From positions 143 to 64,142 of the forward strand of contig JBAQNS010000016.1 of assembly GCA_049304015.1 (NCBI GenBank): a DNA stretch of 64,000 nucleotides. Reading direction: 5' to 3'. Below the pieces are notes generated by a model. That model did not search any database and was not told the origin of the DNA. It saw nothing but the letters and a program-made list of their open reading frames with translations. Positions 37,756-47,097 of this stretch are shown one piece after another (position 1 is the first letter of the stretch; each line of letters begins with the position of its first letter). The translations under genes and the position numbers were made by a program. The DNA is from Minisyncoccia bacterium. Its GTDB lineage: Bacteria; Patescibacteriota; Minisyncoccia; Phycocordibacterales; Zambryskibacteraceae.

Positions 37756-38961
37756 ATGTATCAAAAGCGATCTTTCGGGCGCCCTAGTAGCTCTCGTTCA
37801 TACAGCCCTCGACCCATGCAGCGTGGCCGACCTCAAAGCAGAGGACGAGCACCTCAAGGCCAACACCTCGATATCCGAAGCTTCATAAACAAAGCAGTGA
37901 TCGTCGAAGAAGTTGATCATTTTATACCTGAACATGAATTCAGTGATTTTCTCATAGACGAAAAGCTTAAAAAAAATATTGCCACTAAGGGTTACATCGC
38001 TCCAACTTCTATCCAAGACAGAACCATTCCTCATATCCTTAAGGGTCAAGATGTGGTGGGTATAGCCAATACAGGTACAGGTAAGACAGCAGCATTTCTC
38101 ATACCCCTAATAAACAAAATGATGAAGGATCCATCACAATCTGTTTTGATTGTGGTACCTACTCGTGAATTGGCCACTCAAATAAATGATGAATTAAAAG
38201 GTTTTGCCCCAGGCACCGGACTTTTCTCTGTAGTCTGTGTTGGAGGTACTCAAATGGGTCCACAACTTCGTGAACTAAAGTATAAAAATCACTTCATCAT
38301 TGGTACTCCAGGGAGACTAAAAGATTTAATAGAAAGACGCGCTTTGGATTTATCCAAAACCACCTCAGTAGTTCTAGACGAAGCAGACAGAATGCTTGAT
38401 ATGGGATTCATGCCTGATATGAAATTCATCATGGGCCAAATGCCCGCTGAGAGACACACCTTATTTTTCTCTGCCACTATGTCCAAAGAGATAGAGAAAC
38501 TTATCCACGAATTTTGCAGAGAACCGGTTTCAATTTCAGTAAAGACACAAGATACTTCAAAGAATGTTGACCAAGATATTGTGCGTATGAAAGCTGGGGA
38601 GGATAAACTTGTAGCTCTTGAGAATATTCTCAAACACGAAGGTTCAAATAAAGTTTTGATTTTTGGAAGGACTAAACACGGTGTAGAGAGATTGGCCAAA
38701 ACACTTTCAACCCGAGGTTTCCTTGCAGACTCAATCCATGGGGACAAGAGCCAAGGACAGAGACAACGTGCCCTTGATGCTTTCAAAACCAATAAAATTA
38801 AAATTTTAGTGGCTACAGATGTGGCCGCCCGAGGGCTCGACATCCCTAAAGTTTCCCATGTTATCAACTATGACCTTCCTGCTACTTATGAAGATTATAT
38901 CCATAGAATAGGCCGTACTGGTCGTGCAGGGGAGACAGGCAAAGCTCTCACTTTTGTCTAA
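37756..38961 (+). CDS. DEAD-box ATP-dependent RNA helicase with RG-rich N-terminal extension
   Basis: Q-motif, AxTGTGKT, VLDEADRMLDMGF, SAT, HRIGRTGRAG. Promoter TTGACA-17-tgcTATAGT at 37697-37730. Confidence 0.85.
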   Translation: MYQKRSFGRPSSSRSYSPRPMQRGRPQSRGRAPQGQHLDIRSFINKAVIVEEVDHFIPEHEFSDFLIDEKLKKNIATKGYIAPTSIQDRTIPHILKGQDVVGIANTGTGKTAAFLIPLINKMMKDPSQSVLIVVPTRELATQINDELKGFAPGTGLFSVVCVGGTQMGPQLRELKYKNHFIIGTPGRLKDLIERRALDLSKTTSVVLDEADRMLDMGFMPDMKFIMGQMPAERHTLFFSATMSKEIEKLIHEFCREPVSISVKTQDTSKNVDQDIVRMKAGEDKLVALENILKHEGSNKVLIFGRTKHGVERLAKTLSTRGFLADSIHGDKSQGQRQRALDAFKTNKIKILVATDVAARGLDIPKVSHVINYDLPATYEDYIHRIGRTGRAGETGKALTFV

Positions 38962-39019
38962 TTATCGTTCTGCTTATAGTTTTCTGGTACTATACATTAT
39001 TATTATTTAGTTTAAAAAA

Positions 39020-39406
39020 ATGAATTTACTCTTTATTATTGGTCGCATTATTTTAGGAGGTTATTTTCTTATGAATGCATATAATCACTTGTTCAAATCA
39101 GCTGGCCTAGTTGGTTATGCAGAATCTAAGAAAGTACCTACAGCCAAGACAGCAGTCATAGGTTCAGGTATCCTACTCCTATTAGGTGGTCTATCTATTC
39201 TTTTTGGTGTAAGCACAAACACAGGTATTGCCCTTCTTGTACTATTCTTAATACCTGTCAGCTTCATGATGCACGCTTTTTGGAAGGAGACAGATCCAAT
39301 GAAAAAGATGGGGGAACAAGTAGCATTTACTAAAAATATGGCCATCCTCGGTGGTCTTCTTATGCTTCTCTCTCTAGCTACTCCTTGGGCAAACTCTCTT
39401 AGTTAA
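39020..39406 (+). CDS. DoxX-family membrane protein
   Basis: 128 aa with 4 TM helices and a DoxX-like pattern. Confidence 0.5.
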   Translation: MNLLFIIGRIILGGYFLMNAYNHLFKSAGLVGYAESKKVPTAKTAVIGSGILLLLGGLSILFGVSTNTGIALLVLFLIPVSFMMHAFWKETDPMKKMGEQVAFTKNMAILGGLLMLLSLATPWANSLS

Positions 39407-40112
39407 TTCTCTCTGGTTTAGTATCGTGTGAGAACTGAAGGCTGTTCCTTATAGGGACAGCTTTTATTATTTCTAAAATTTCATCGTGGTTATCTGTAAT
39501 GGTGAAAAGATCCATATCCTCTCGTTCAATAGTGCCTCGACTTAGAAGCTCATCCTTTATGAATTTTTCTACACTCAACCAATAATCACTACCAACACAA
39601 ATTATTGGTACTCCTTCTATTTTTCTAGTTTGGATGAGGGTAATAATCTCAAAAAATTCATCCAAGGTACCAAATCCTCCGGGGTAGAAAATAAATGCCT
39701 CAGCAGAGAAGGAGAGTAAAACTTTCCTGACGAAGAAATAATAACAATCATATTCTTTAGAAATGAACTTATTGATTACTTGTTCATGAGGTAGTTTGAT
39801 TGTAATCCCCAATGAAGTACCACCAACTTCTTGAGCTCCACGATTGGCTGCTTCCATAATCCCAGGTCCTCCTCCAGAAGCCACAGAATATCCAAGCTCT
39901 TTGGCTATGCGTCCGGAAAGTATCCGAGCGCTCTTATAGTATTCGTTCTGTTCTGTAAATTGATTAGAACCAAAGAAGGTCACTGATTTTGGATGTTTCT
40001 CAAGGAATTCAAATCCCCAAATAAACTCTTTGGTAATTTCTGATACTCTCTCGTGCGCCACTTTGTGTATCTCTGTTTTGCTTAATGTATATACGTTGTT
40101 ATCTTTATTCAT
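39399..40112 (-). CDS. LOG-family (TIGR00730) Rossmann-fold nucleotide-binding protein
   Basis: GGGPGIMEA..PGGFGTLDE motifs. Confidence 0.7.
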   Translation of the reverse strand: MNKDNNVYTLSKTEIHKVAHERVSEITKEFIWGFEFLEKHPKSVTFFGSNQFTEQNEYYKSARILSGRIAKELGYSVASGGGPGIMEAANRGAQEVGGTSLGITIKLPHEQVINKFISKEYDCYYFFVRKVLLSFSAEAFIFYPGGFGTLDEFFEIITLIQTRKIEGVPIICVGSDYWLSVEKFIKDELLSRGTIEREDMDLFTITDNHDEILEIIKAVPIRNSLQFSHDTKPERIN

Positions 40113-40178
40113 AGGATTATCTTACCACAAGGGGATAGACTACTTTCCCCCGAGTCACCAGCGGGTTATACTTGTATC

Positions 40179-40634
40179 ATGAAAAAAATGAACAGAAATG
40201 AGTGGATCGCTGTAGCTGTATCCCTCGCCTTTATCACATATATGTTTGCAGGAAGTTTAATAGTAAATTTGTTTAATCCACAACAAGCAATGAATACCCA
40301 AACAGGAGTACAAGTTCAGGATTTGGTGGTTGGTCAAGGGGCCACAGCTGAAGCAGGAGACAATGTGACTGTACATTATGTAGGGACATTGGATAACGGC
40401 AAAGTTTTCGATAGTTCTATTGATAGAGGTACACCATTCACCTTTACTCTGGGGATTGGACAAGTTATTAAGGGTTGGGATGTGGGTGTGGCTGGGATGA
40501 AGGTTGGGGGCAAGAGAAAGCTTGTTATTTCTCCTGAATTTGGTTATGGAGCACAAACAGTTGGACCCATACCAGCAAACTCCGCTTTGATTTTTGAGGT
40601 ACAGCTCCTTGATGTGAAGAAGGCAGTAAAATAA
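40179..40634 (+). CDS. FKBP-type peptidyl-prolyl cis-trans isomerase, membrane-anchored
   Basis: VHYVGTLDNGKVFDSS...GWDVGVAGMKVGGKRKLVISPEFGYG. Confidence 0.8.
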   Translation: MKKMNRNEWIAVAVSLAFITYMFAGSLIVNLFNPQQAMNTQTGVQVQDLVVGQGATAEAGDNVTVHYVGTLDNGKVFDSSIDRGTPFTFTLGIGQVIKGWDVGVAGMKVGGKRKLVISPEFGYGAQTVGPIPANSALIFEVQLLDVKKAVK

Positions 40635-40643
40635 TCTAAGAAC

Positions 40644-41270
40644 ATGGAGATAAATATAGACAATCTCCACCACGCATATTTACTCGAAGGTGACACAGAT
40701 ACAGGTGTCACTTTTGTGTATGGATTACTTGAAAGGTTAGGTATTTCTTCAATACAAAATCCGGATTTGCATATCTACAGCAATGATTCGTTCACCATAG
40801 ACGAAGCAAGGAAACTTGCGGACAAGGCTCAAGGTAAGGCTTTTGGTTCAAAGAAAATATTCATCATTTCTTCTCCAAAATTTTCTCTCCAAGCTCAGAA
40901 TGCACTGCTCAAAACATTTGAAGAGCCATTTGAGAACACTCATTTCTTTATTGTGCTCAGTAGTAGGGAATTGCTTATACCCACATTGTTATCAAGACTA
41001 GAAATCCACAGATTAGAGGCTTCGGATGAAAAAGATATAAATGCTAGGAAGTTTTTGGATATGAACACAAAGGAGCGAATGAACCTCATAAAGAAATTTG
41101 TTGATAATGAAAAACCACTTTCACCATTTCTAGATTCACTGATGCTAGAACTTAGAAAGAATGCTGATAATAAAGAATTAGAAAAAGTCTTTAATGTTCG
41201 CAAGTATTCCGACGATCCAAGCGCCATGAGCCGCCTCATCCTCGAACACCTTGCATTAGTTTTAAAATAA
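40644..41270 (+). CDS. holB: DNA polymerase III delta-prime subunit-like
   Basis: HAYLLEG, NALLKTFEEP, LLSRL. No P-loop lysine. 208 aa. Confidence 0.6.
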   Translation: MEINIDNLHHAYLLEGDTDTGVTFVYGLLERLGISSIQNPDLHIYSNDSFTIDEARKLADKAQGKAFGSKKIFIISSPKFSLQAQNALLKTFEEPFENTHFFIVLSSRELLIPTLLSRLEIHRLEASDEKDINARKFLDMNTKERMNLIKKFVDNEKPLSPFLDSLMLELRKNADNKELEKVFNVRKYSDDPSAMSRLILEHLALVLK

Positions 41271-41326
41271 AAAACCACTCACGGAAGCGTAAGCGGCTTC
41301 TGCGAGCGGGTGGGTGATTCGTCTAT

Positions 41327-41602
41327 CTATCCATGCAAAGCAATGATTAATAAAGCAGCTCCGGCAATGGCAGCTGTATCGGTCAACCATGCTGTAGAAT
41401 CTTTGGCTCTTGAATCGGGGTCGAAAGTGAACCAGTTCACTACCCCAGAGAAGCCACCAACAGCAACCATTGTCCACGATGTGTGTAGATACGGCTCATG
41501 AACACGAAGTGCAATGGGGATTAACAGTACGCAACCAAGAATCTGCAACATCGAACAGATGAGCCGAAGTACAAATATTTTCCTTTCCATATGACCTGGC
41601 AT
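41327..41602 (-). CDS. Small hypothetical membrane protein (mid-GC)
   Basis: 91 aa with 2-3 TM helices at about 50% GC. Could be spurious. Confidence 0.25.
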   Translation of the reverse strand: MPGHMERKIFVLRLICSMLQILGCVLLIPIALRVHEPYLHTSWTMVAVGGFSGVVNWFTFDPDSRAKDSTAWLTDTAAIAGAALLIIALHG

Positions 41603-41748
41603 ATGCCGAGTGAGGGTTGGAATACTTACTTCGAATGATGGTGTTCTGCAACTAAACTACATATATTTATCTGTTTTGTCAATGTAGCTTGAGCAACATC
41701 CGATGTTGCTCACTTTTTACAGATTAAAAGACGTGGTAATATTGACCC

Positions 41749-42288
41749 ATGGCATACAATTTTACTAATTTTAAGACAGCTTCAGAAGCGACTTTGGAGT
41801 GGTTGAAGAAAGAATACACTGGTCTCCGTACTGGTCGCTCTACTCCTACAATCCTTGATGTAGTGACTGTGGATGTTTATGGCTCTAAAATGGCTATTAA
41901 TCAGGTAGCCAATGTCACCGTAGAAGATGCGAAGACCTTGCGTATTACTCCATGGGACAAAACAGTCACTCCATCCATAGACAGTGCCATACGCGAGTCA
42001 AATCTAGGTTTATCTGTTTCTGTGGATGATAAGGGTCTCCGCATCGCTTTCCCAGAATTAACTGCTGATCGTCGAACGGACCTCATAAAGATTTCTAAAC
42101 AAAAATTAGAAGAGGCTCGTATTCGTATCCGTGGAGAGAGACAGAAAGTATTGAGTGATTTAGATAAAGGAGAGATGCCCGAAGATGAACAGACAAGGAC
42201 AAAGAATGAACTTCAAAAGCATGTAGATGAGACCAACAGAAAACTCGATGAATTAGCAGCTAAGAAAGAGAAGGAAATCTCAGAATGA
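41749..42288 (+). CDS. frr: Ribosome recycling factor
   Basis: 179 aa with RRF signatures (VDVYGSKMAINQVANVTVEDAKTLRITPWDK). Confidence 0.85.
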   Translation: MAYNFTNFKTASEATLEWLKKEYTGLRTGRSTPTILDVVTVDVYGSKMAINQVANVTVEDAKTLRITPWDKTVTPSIDSAIRESNLGLSVSVDDKGLRIAFPELTADRRTDLIKISKQKLEEARIRIRGERQKVLSDLDKGEMPEDEQTRTKNELQKHVDETNRKLDELAAKKEKEISE

Positions 42289-43373
42289 TAGCCATTATAT
42301 ATTTTCTGATTATCTTGAGCGTACTAGTTTTTGTGCATGAACTAGGTCATTTTTTAGTGGCAAAGTATTTTGATATTCGTGTAGACGAATTTGGCATAGG
42401 TTATCCTCCAAGAGCTAAAAAATTATTTAGTTGGAGGGGGACAGACTTTACTCTTAACTGGCTACCATTCGGAGGTTTTGTGAAAATTTTTGGAGAGAAT
42501 CCAAGCGAGGCAGATAACATAGAAGTTGAACAGGTCAAAAACAGTTTTGCATCCAAAAACAGAGGTATACAAGCCAGTGTTCTAGTATCAGGTGTTGTTT
42601 TTAATTTTCTGTTTGCTTGGTTATTAATTTCAATAGGATTTATGAGTGGCATGCCAGCTCCATTAGGGATGAATTTGCCTATCACTAATCCAAAAACTGT
42701 TATAACTGAAGTGATGCCTGGTTCACCAGCAGAGATAGCCGGACTAAAATCAGGGGACGTTATTCTTGGTGTGAATAGAGAAAATAAAATCAGTGAATTG
42801 GATCCAGAAAAACTCTCGAACTTTATTGGTTCATCAAAAGAGCCGATTAATATTTCTATTAAAAGGGGTAAAGAAGAATTTACCAAAACAATCAATACTA
42901 GTGAGGCAATCGTTTCAGATAGAGTGGCCATTGGGGTGGCTATGGAAACAATGGGGAGTGTTTATCTGGGCCCTAGTAGAGCCATTATTGAGGGATTTAA
43001 GGTGACTTCGGATTTAACATTATTAACTGCAGAGTCTTTGGGGGTATTTATAAAACAAATTTTTATTGGGCATGCTGATTTTTCTCAAGTGACCGGCCCA
43101 GTAGGTCTCGTGGGTATGGTGGGCAATGTTGAAGCACTTGGTTTTATTTATATTTTGTCTTTTGTAGCTTTAATCTCTATTAATCTGTCGATTGTTAATC
43201 TCTTGCCGATTCCCGCACTCGATGGAGGGAGATTATTAATCGTATGCATCGAGGCCATTCGCAGAAAAAATATTTCTCCAAGGATATTTAATATTGCCAA
43301 CACAGTGAGCTTTGCTTTTCTCCTTTTGCTCATGTTGATAATCACCTTTAGGGATGTGGTAAAGCTGGTATAA
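42285..43373 (+). CDS. rseP: RIP site-2 metalloprotease RseP (M50) with PDZ domain
   Basis: HEXXH FVHELGHFLVAKYF, PDZ region, LDGG motif. Confidence 0.8.
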   Translation: MIAIIYFLIILSVLVFVHELGHFLVAKYFDIRVDEFGIGYPPRAKKLFSWRGTDFTLNWLPFGGFVKIFGENPSEADNIEVEQVKNSFASKNRGIQASVLVSGVVFNFLFAWLLISIGFMSGMPAPLGMNLPITNPKTVITEVMPGSPAEIAGLKSGDVILGVNRENKISELDPEKLSNFIGSSKEPINISIKRGKEEFTKTINTSEAIVSDRVAIGVAMETMGSVYLGPSRAIIEGFKVTSDLTLLTAESLGVFIKQIFIGHADFSQVTGPVGLVGMVGNVEALGFIYILSFVALISINLSIVNLLPIPALDGGRLLIVCIEAIRRKNISPRIFNIANTVSFAFLLLLMLIITFRDVVKLV

Positions 43374-43380
43374 TAAGTCT

Positions 43381-43707
43381 ATGGGAAAAGAAGAACTATT
43401 TGATGAAGTAGAATCACAAGAAAGAACTCCATCTCAGGAAGAAATGGACGCCTATGTAGAGATGGAGAATTTATTTTTGCGCAGACACTTGGCCGAGATG
43501 CGCATTAATCCTTCTATAGACAGACAGCCAGCCATAGATGATTGGATGAGGATTTACTCTGGAGCTTTCCAGATTGCTTTTAGTAATTTAGTCAGAAAAA
43601 ATGAAGGTTTTATAAGGAGATGTCAGACCGGAGTAGAGAACACTAATGTCTTAGAAGAAATTGAAGCTGAGTTTAAGAAAGTAAAGAAAACTGAGGGTTT
43701 AGAATAA
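43381..43707 (+). CDS. Hypothetical protein
   Basis: 108 aa, acidic, no recognised motif. Confidence 0.3.
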   Translation: MGKEELFDEVESQERTPSQEEMDAYVEMENLFLRRHLAEMRINPSIDRQPAIDDWMRIYSGAFQIAFSNLVRKNEGFIRRCQTGVENTNVLEEIEAEFKKVKKTEGLE

Positions 43708-43766
43708 ATAAAGTTTGACCGAATATGGGGCTTTGTTTTAAAGCTTTTTTTCTTTATAATAGGCAA

Positions 43767-45014
43767 ATGCGACAGAGCCAACTATTTACAAGGACTAGAA
43801 AAGAAGCCCCAAAGGACGAAGTATCCAAAAATGCAGAACTTCTTATTCGTGGAGGTTTTATCCACAAAGAGATGGCCGGAGTTTATTCTTATCTACCCTT
43901 GGGTTTAAGAGTGATAAAAAATATTGAGAAGATAATTAGAGAAGAAATGAATGCCATAGGAGGAATAGAAATGAAAACTTCTATTCTTCAAAACAAAGAA
44001 GTGTGGGAGAAGTCGAACAGATGGGACGATGCAGTGGTTGATAATTGGTTTAAAACAAAATTAAAAAATGGAGGTGAGATTGGTTTGTCATTCACTAACG
44101 AAGAGGCATATTCAAATATATTAAAACAGTACATACATTCATATAAGGATTTACCGGCTTATCCATACGATTTTAAGGAGATATTCAGAAATGAAGCCAG
44201 GAGCAAATCCGGCATTATGAGAGGTCGTGAATTTTATTGGAAAGCACTGTACTCGTTCTCAAAGGATGAAGCAGAACACAATAAGTTTTATGAAGAATCT
44301 AAGAAAGCTTATAAGAAAATTTTTACTCGTGCTGGCATAGGAGAGAAGACATACTTAACCTTTGCATCTGGTGGTACATTCTCTAAATTTTCTCATGAAT
44401 TCCAAACCATAGCTGAGGCAGGAGAAGATACTATTTACCTTTCAAAGAAACATAATCTAGCCATAAACAAGGAAGTTTTCAATGATGATGTTTTGAAGGA
44501 ACTTGGTATCTCCAGGGAAGAAGTTGAAGAAACAAAGGCCATAGAAGTTGGGAACATCTTTACACTAGGGACAAAGTTCTCAGAACCATTTGATTTAAGT
44601 TATAAGAACGAAAAAGGCGAGGAAAAGCTTGTTTTTATGGGCTCTTATGGGATAGGTCTTGGTCGATTGATGGGCACAATAGTGGAACTTTTATCAGATG
44701 AAAAGGGCATTATTTGGCCCAAGGAAGTGGCTCCCTTTAGAGTCCACCTCCTAACTTTGAGTAATGATGAGAAGATAAAGGAATTAGGAGATGAGATCTA
44801 TAAAACTCTTGCCTCAAATAATGTTGAAGTTCTTTATGATGATAGAGATTTAAGGGCGGGTGAAAAGTTTGCAGATGCAGATCTCATTGGTATACCAAAT
44901 TCAATAGTCATAGGAAACAAAACTATTGAATCTGGTATGTATGAATTGAAAGATAGACTGACAGGAGAGATGAAATTGGTTTCTTTGGAGCACCTTATAA
45001 CAGCACTCAAGTAA
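43767..45014 (+). CDS. proS: Prolyl-tRNA synthetase (bacterial-type, no INS editing domain)
   Basis: MRQSQLFTRTRKEAP..., class II motifs, anticodon-binding C-terminal domain. Start moved to MRQSQ. Confidence 0.8.
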   Translation: MRQSQLFTRTRKEAPKDEVSKNAELLIRGGFIHKEMAGVYSYLPLGLRVIKNIEKIIREEMNAIGGIEMKTSILQNKEVWEKSNRWDDAVVDNWFKTKLKNGGEIGLSFTNEEAYSNILKQYIHSYKDLPAYPYDFKEIFRNEARSKSGIMRGREFYWKALYSFSKDEAEHNKFYEESKKAYKKIFTRAGIGEKTYLTFASGGTFSKFSHEFQTIAEAGEDTIYLSKKHNLAINKEVFNDDVLKELGISREEVEETKAIEVGNIFTLGTKFSEPFDLSYKNEKGEEKLVFMGSYGIGLGRLMGTIVELLSDEKGIIWPKEVAPFRVHLLTLSNDEKIKELGDEIYKTLASNNVEVLYDDRDLRAGEKFADADLIGIPNSIVIGNKTIESGMYELKDRLTGEMKLVSLEHLITALK

Positions 45015-45049
45015 TGAAAAAATATTTTAACAAAAACAGGTGGAGCAGA

Positions 45050-46081
45050 ATGCTCTCCAATGATATTGGTATCGATTTAGGCACAGCCAACACACTTGTC
45101 TATGTTCGAGGTATGGGCATCATTATCAACGAACCATCAGTAGTGGCGGTGAATATCAAGACTGGTCAAGTGGTGGCAGTGGGCAAGGATGCGAAAGAAA
45201 TGCTCGGTAGAACCCCAAACCACATCCAAGCAGTTAGACCACTTGTAGATGGAGTGATCTCAGACTTTGAGATAACTGAAGAAATGATTTCCTATTTTAT
45301 AAATCAAGCTCAAGAAAAATCTAGGAAGATGTTCGGACCAAGAGTAGTGGTGGGGGTGCCATCAGGTATTACAAACGTAGAAATCCGAGCTGTCAGAGAT
45401 GCGACCAAAAACGCAGGAGCTGGTGAAGTATATATAGTAGAGGAACCGATGGCCGCAGCTATAGGGATGAGATTGCCTATAAACGAACCAGTGGGGAATA
45501 TGGTTATAGATATTGGTGGAGGAACCGCAGATATTGCAGTACTTTCTCTTGGAGGAGTGGTTCGCACAAAAAATCTTCGTATCGCTGGAGACAGATTTAA
45601 TAATGACATCATCGCTTATATCAGAAATCAGTTCAAAATCTTAATTGGTGAAAAGACTGCAGAATTGGTTAAGCACAACATTGGTTCATTAATCCCAGGT
45701 AATGTCTCACTAGAAGCCAAGATAAAAGGTCGAGACCTCATCACTGGTTTACCTAGAGAAGTGATAGTGACTGACACAGATATCAGAGAAGCCCTTTCAC
45801 CATCTATTGAAGCCTTAGTAGAAGCAGTGAGAGAAGTGTTGGAGATGACTCCACCAGAAATCTTGGCTGACATTATGCAAAGAGGGATTTACTTGGCTGG
45901 AGGCGGAGCATTGCTCAAAGGTCTAAAGGAATTATTATCAGAAGAAGTAAATATTCCTGTTCATGTTTGCGCTGATCCATTGACTGCAGTAGCTAGGGGT
46001 ACGGGGATAATTCTTGAAGATATAGAATTTCATAATGATGTATTAATAGAAAATGAAGACTCTTTACCACCAAAAAAATAG
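45050..46081 (+). CDS. mreB: Rod shape-determining protein MreB
   Basis: MLSNDIGIDLGTANTLVY and an actin-fold ATPase pattern. Confidence 0.85.
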   Translation: MLSNDIGIDLGTANTLVYVRGMGIIINEPSVVAVNIKTGQVVAVGKDAKEMLGRTPNHIQAVRPLVDGVISDFEITEEMISYFINQAQEKSRKMFGPRVVVGVPSGITNVEIRAVRDATKNAGAGEVYIVEEPMAAAIGMRLPINEPVGNMVIDIGGGTADIAVLSLGGVVRTKNLRIAGDRFNNDIIAYIRNQFKILIGEKTAELVKHNIGSLIPGNVSLEAKIKGRDLITGLPREVIVTDTDIREALSPSIEALVEAVREVLEMTPPEILADIMQRGIYLAGGGALLKGLKELLSEEVNIPVHVCADPLTAVARGTGIILEDIEFHNDVLIENEDSLPPKK

Positions 46082-46838
46082 GATTAGAAGTATATATAGA
46101 AACAAAGTAATCTTTATTCTTTCTTTATTTTTTGTTTGTGCTGTGTTTTTTTCTTTTTTGGATGGTGGAGTGATACGAACAGTTACCCCAGCTTGGTTAG
46201 CTGAAAACTTTGTGGTTCAAGGGTTCTCTAATTTTTTTAACCTTGTTCATTCCAAGCAGTTTTTGATTAATGAGAACAACACCCTAAGAGCACGAATCGC
46301 TTCAGATGAATTAGCTCTTAGTGCATATGGGGGATTAGAAAACCAAAATAATTTACTATTAGAAACATACGGCAGGGGTCAAAGAAATAACTATATTGCA
46401 GCCACAGTTTTGGTGAGACCTCCTAAAACTATTTTTGATTCTATTATTGTTGACGCAGGAAGCAACCAGAACGTTAGAGTAGACAATCTAGTTTTAGTTC
46501 CAGAAGGTGCGGTCATAGGGATAGTTTCAGAAGTCTTTTCCAATAATGCTCGAGTGAAGCTTTTTTCTACTAGTGGTGAAGAAACTCCAGCCATTTTAGA
46601 AAGAGGCAATGTTTCAATAGACTTGAGAGGTATGGGTGGGGGAACTTTTGAAGCTAGTGTCCCTAGAATCACAGAAGTAGTAGTGGGAGACAGAATTTTA
46701 TCTGCGCATATTCATGGGGCACTTTTAGGTGTAGTAGAAGATGTGGAAATGTCTCCAACTGACTCGTTTAAAAGAGTTCTAATTAGAAGTGTTGTGAATA
46801 TTTTTAATATTCACTTTGTCAGTATTTCAAATGAATAA
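46053..46838 (+). CDS. mreC: Rod shape-determining protein MreC
   Basis: N-terminal TM helix, coiled-coil, beta domain. Positioned after mreB. Confidence 0.6.
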   Translation: MKTLYHQKNRIRSIYRNKVIFILSLFFVCAVFFSFLDGGVIRTVTPAWLAENFVVQGFSNFFNLVHSKQFLINENNTLRARIASDELALSAYGGLENQNNLLLETYGRGQRNNYIAATVLVRPPKTIFDSIIVDAGSNQNVRVDNLVLVPEGAVIGIVSEVFSNNARVKLFSTSGEETPAILERGNVSIDLRGMGGGTFEASVPRITEVVVGDRILSAHIHGALLGVVEDVEMSPTDSFKRVLIRSVVNIFNIHFVSISNE

Positions 46839-47097
46839 AAGGTTATTACTATCTCTAGGTTTACTATTTTTGATTTTATTCACTCCATATTATTTGTATT
46901 TACTGGCTTTAGTATTGGTTACTATTTTTGTCCCATTTTATTGGGAATCAATATTTTTGGGTTTTCTCATAGATTGTTTATATGGTCCATATTCTCATGT
47001 AGCTTTTTCATTTAGGTTCCCGGTTGGCTTCACTGCGTTTATTTTAGTTATTTTATTATTGCCCATAAGGGAACGGTTGAGATTTTATAATGTATAA
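46816..47097 (+). CDS. mreD: Rod shape-determining protein MreD-like
   Basis: 93 aa, multi-TM. Sits between mreC and PBP2. Confidence 0.45.
   Translation: MSVFQMNKRLLLSLGLLFLILFTPYYLYLLALVLVTIFVPFYWESIFLGFLIDCLYGPYSHVAFSFRFPVGFTAFILVILLLPIRERLRFYNV

Noticed and set aside
43713-43756. TTGACC ... TATAAT pair upstream of proS as a promoter
   Set aside because: The spacing between the boxes is about 31 bp, which is incompatible with a single sigma70 promoter. Only the -10 box may be functional.
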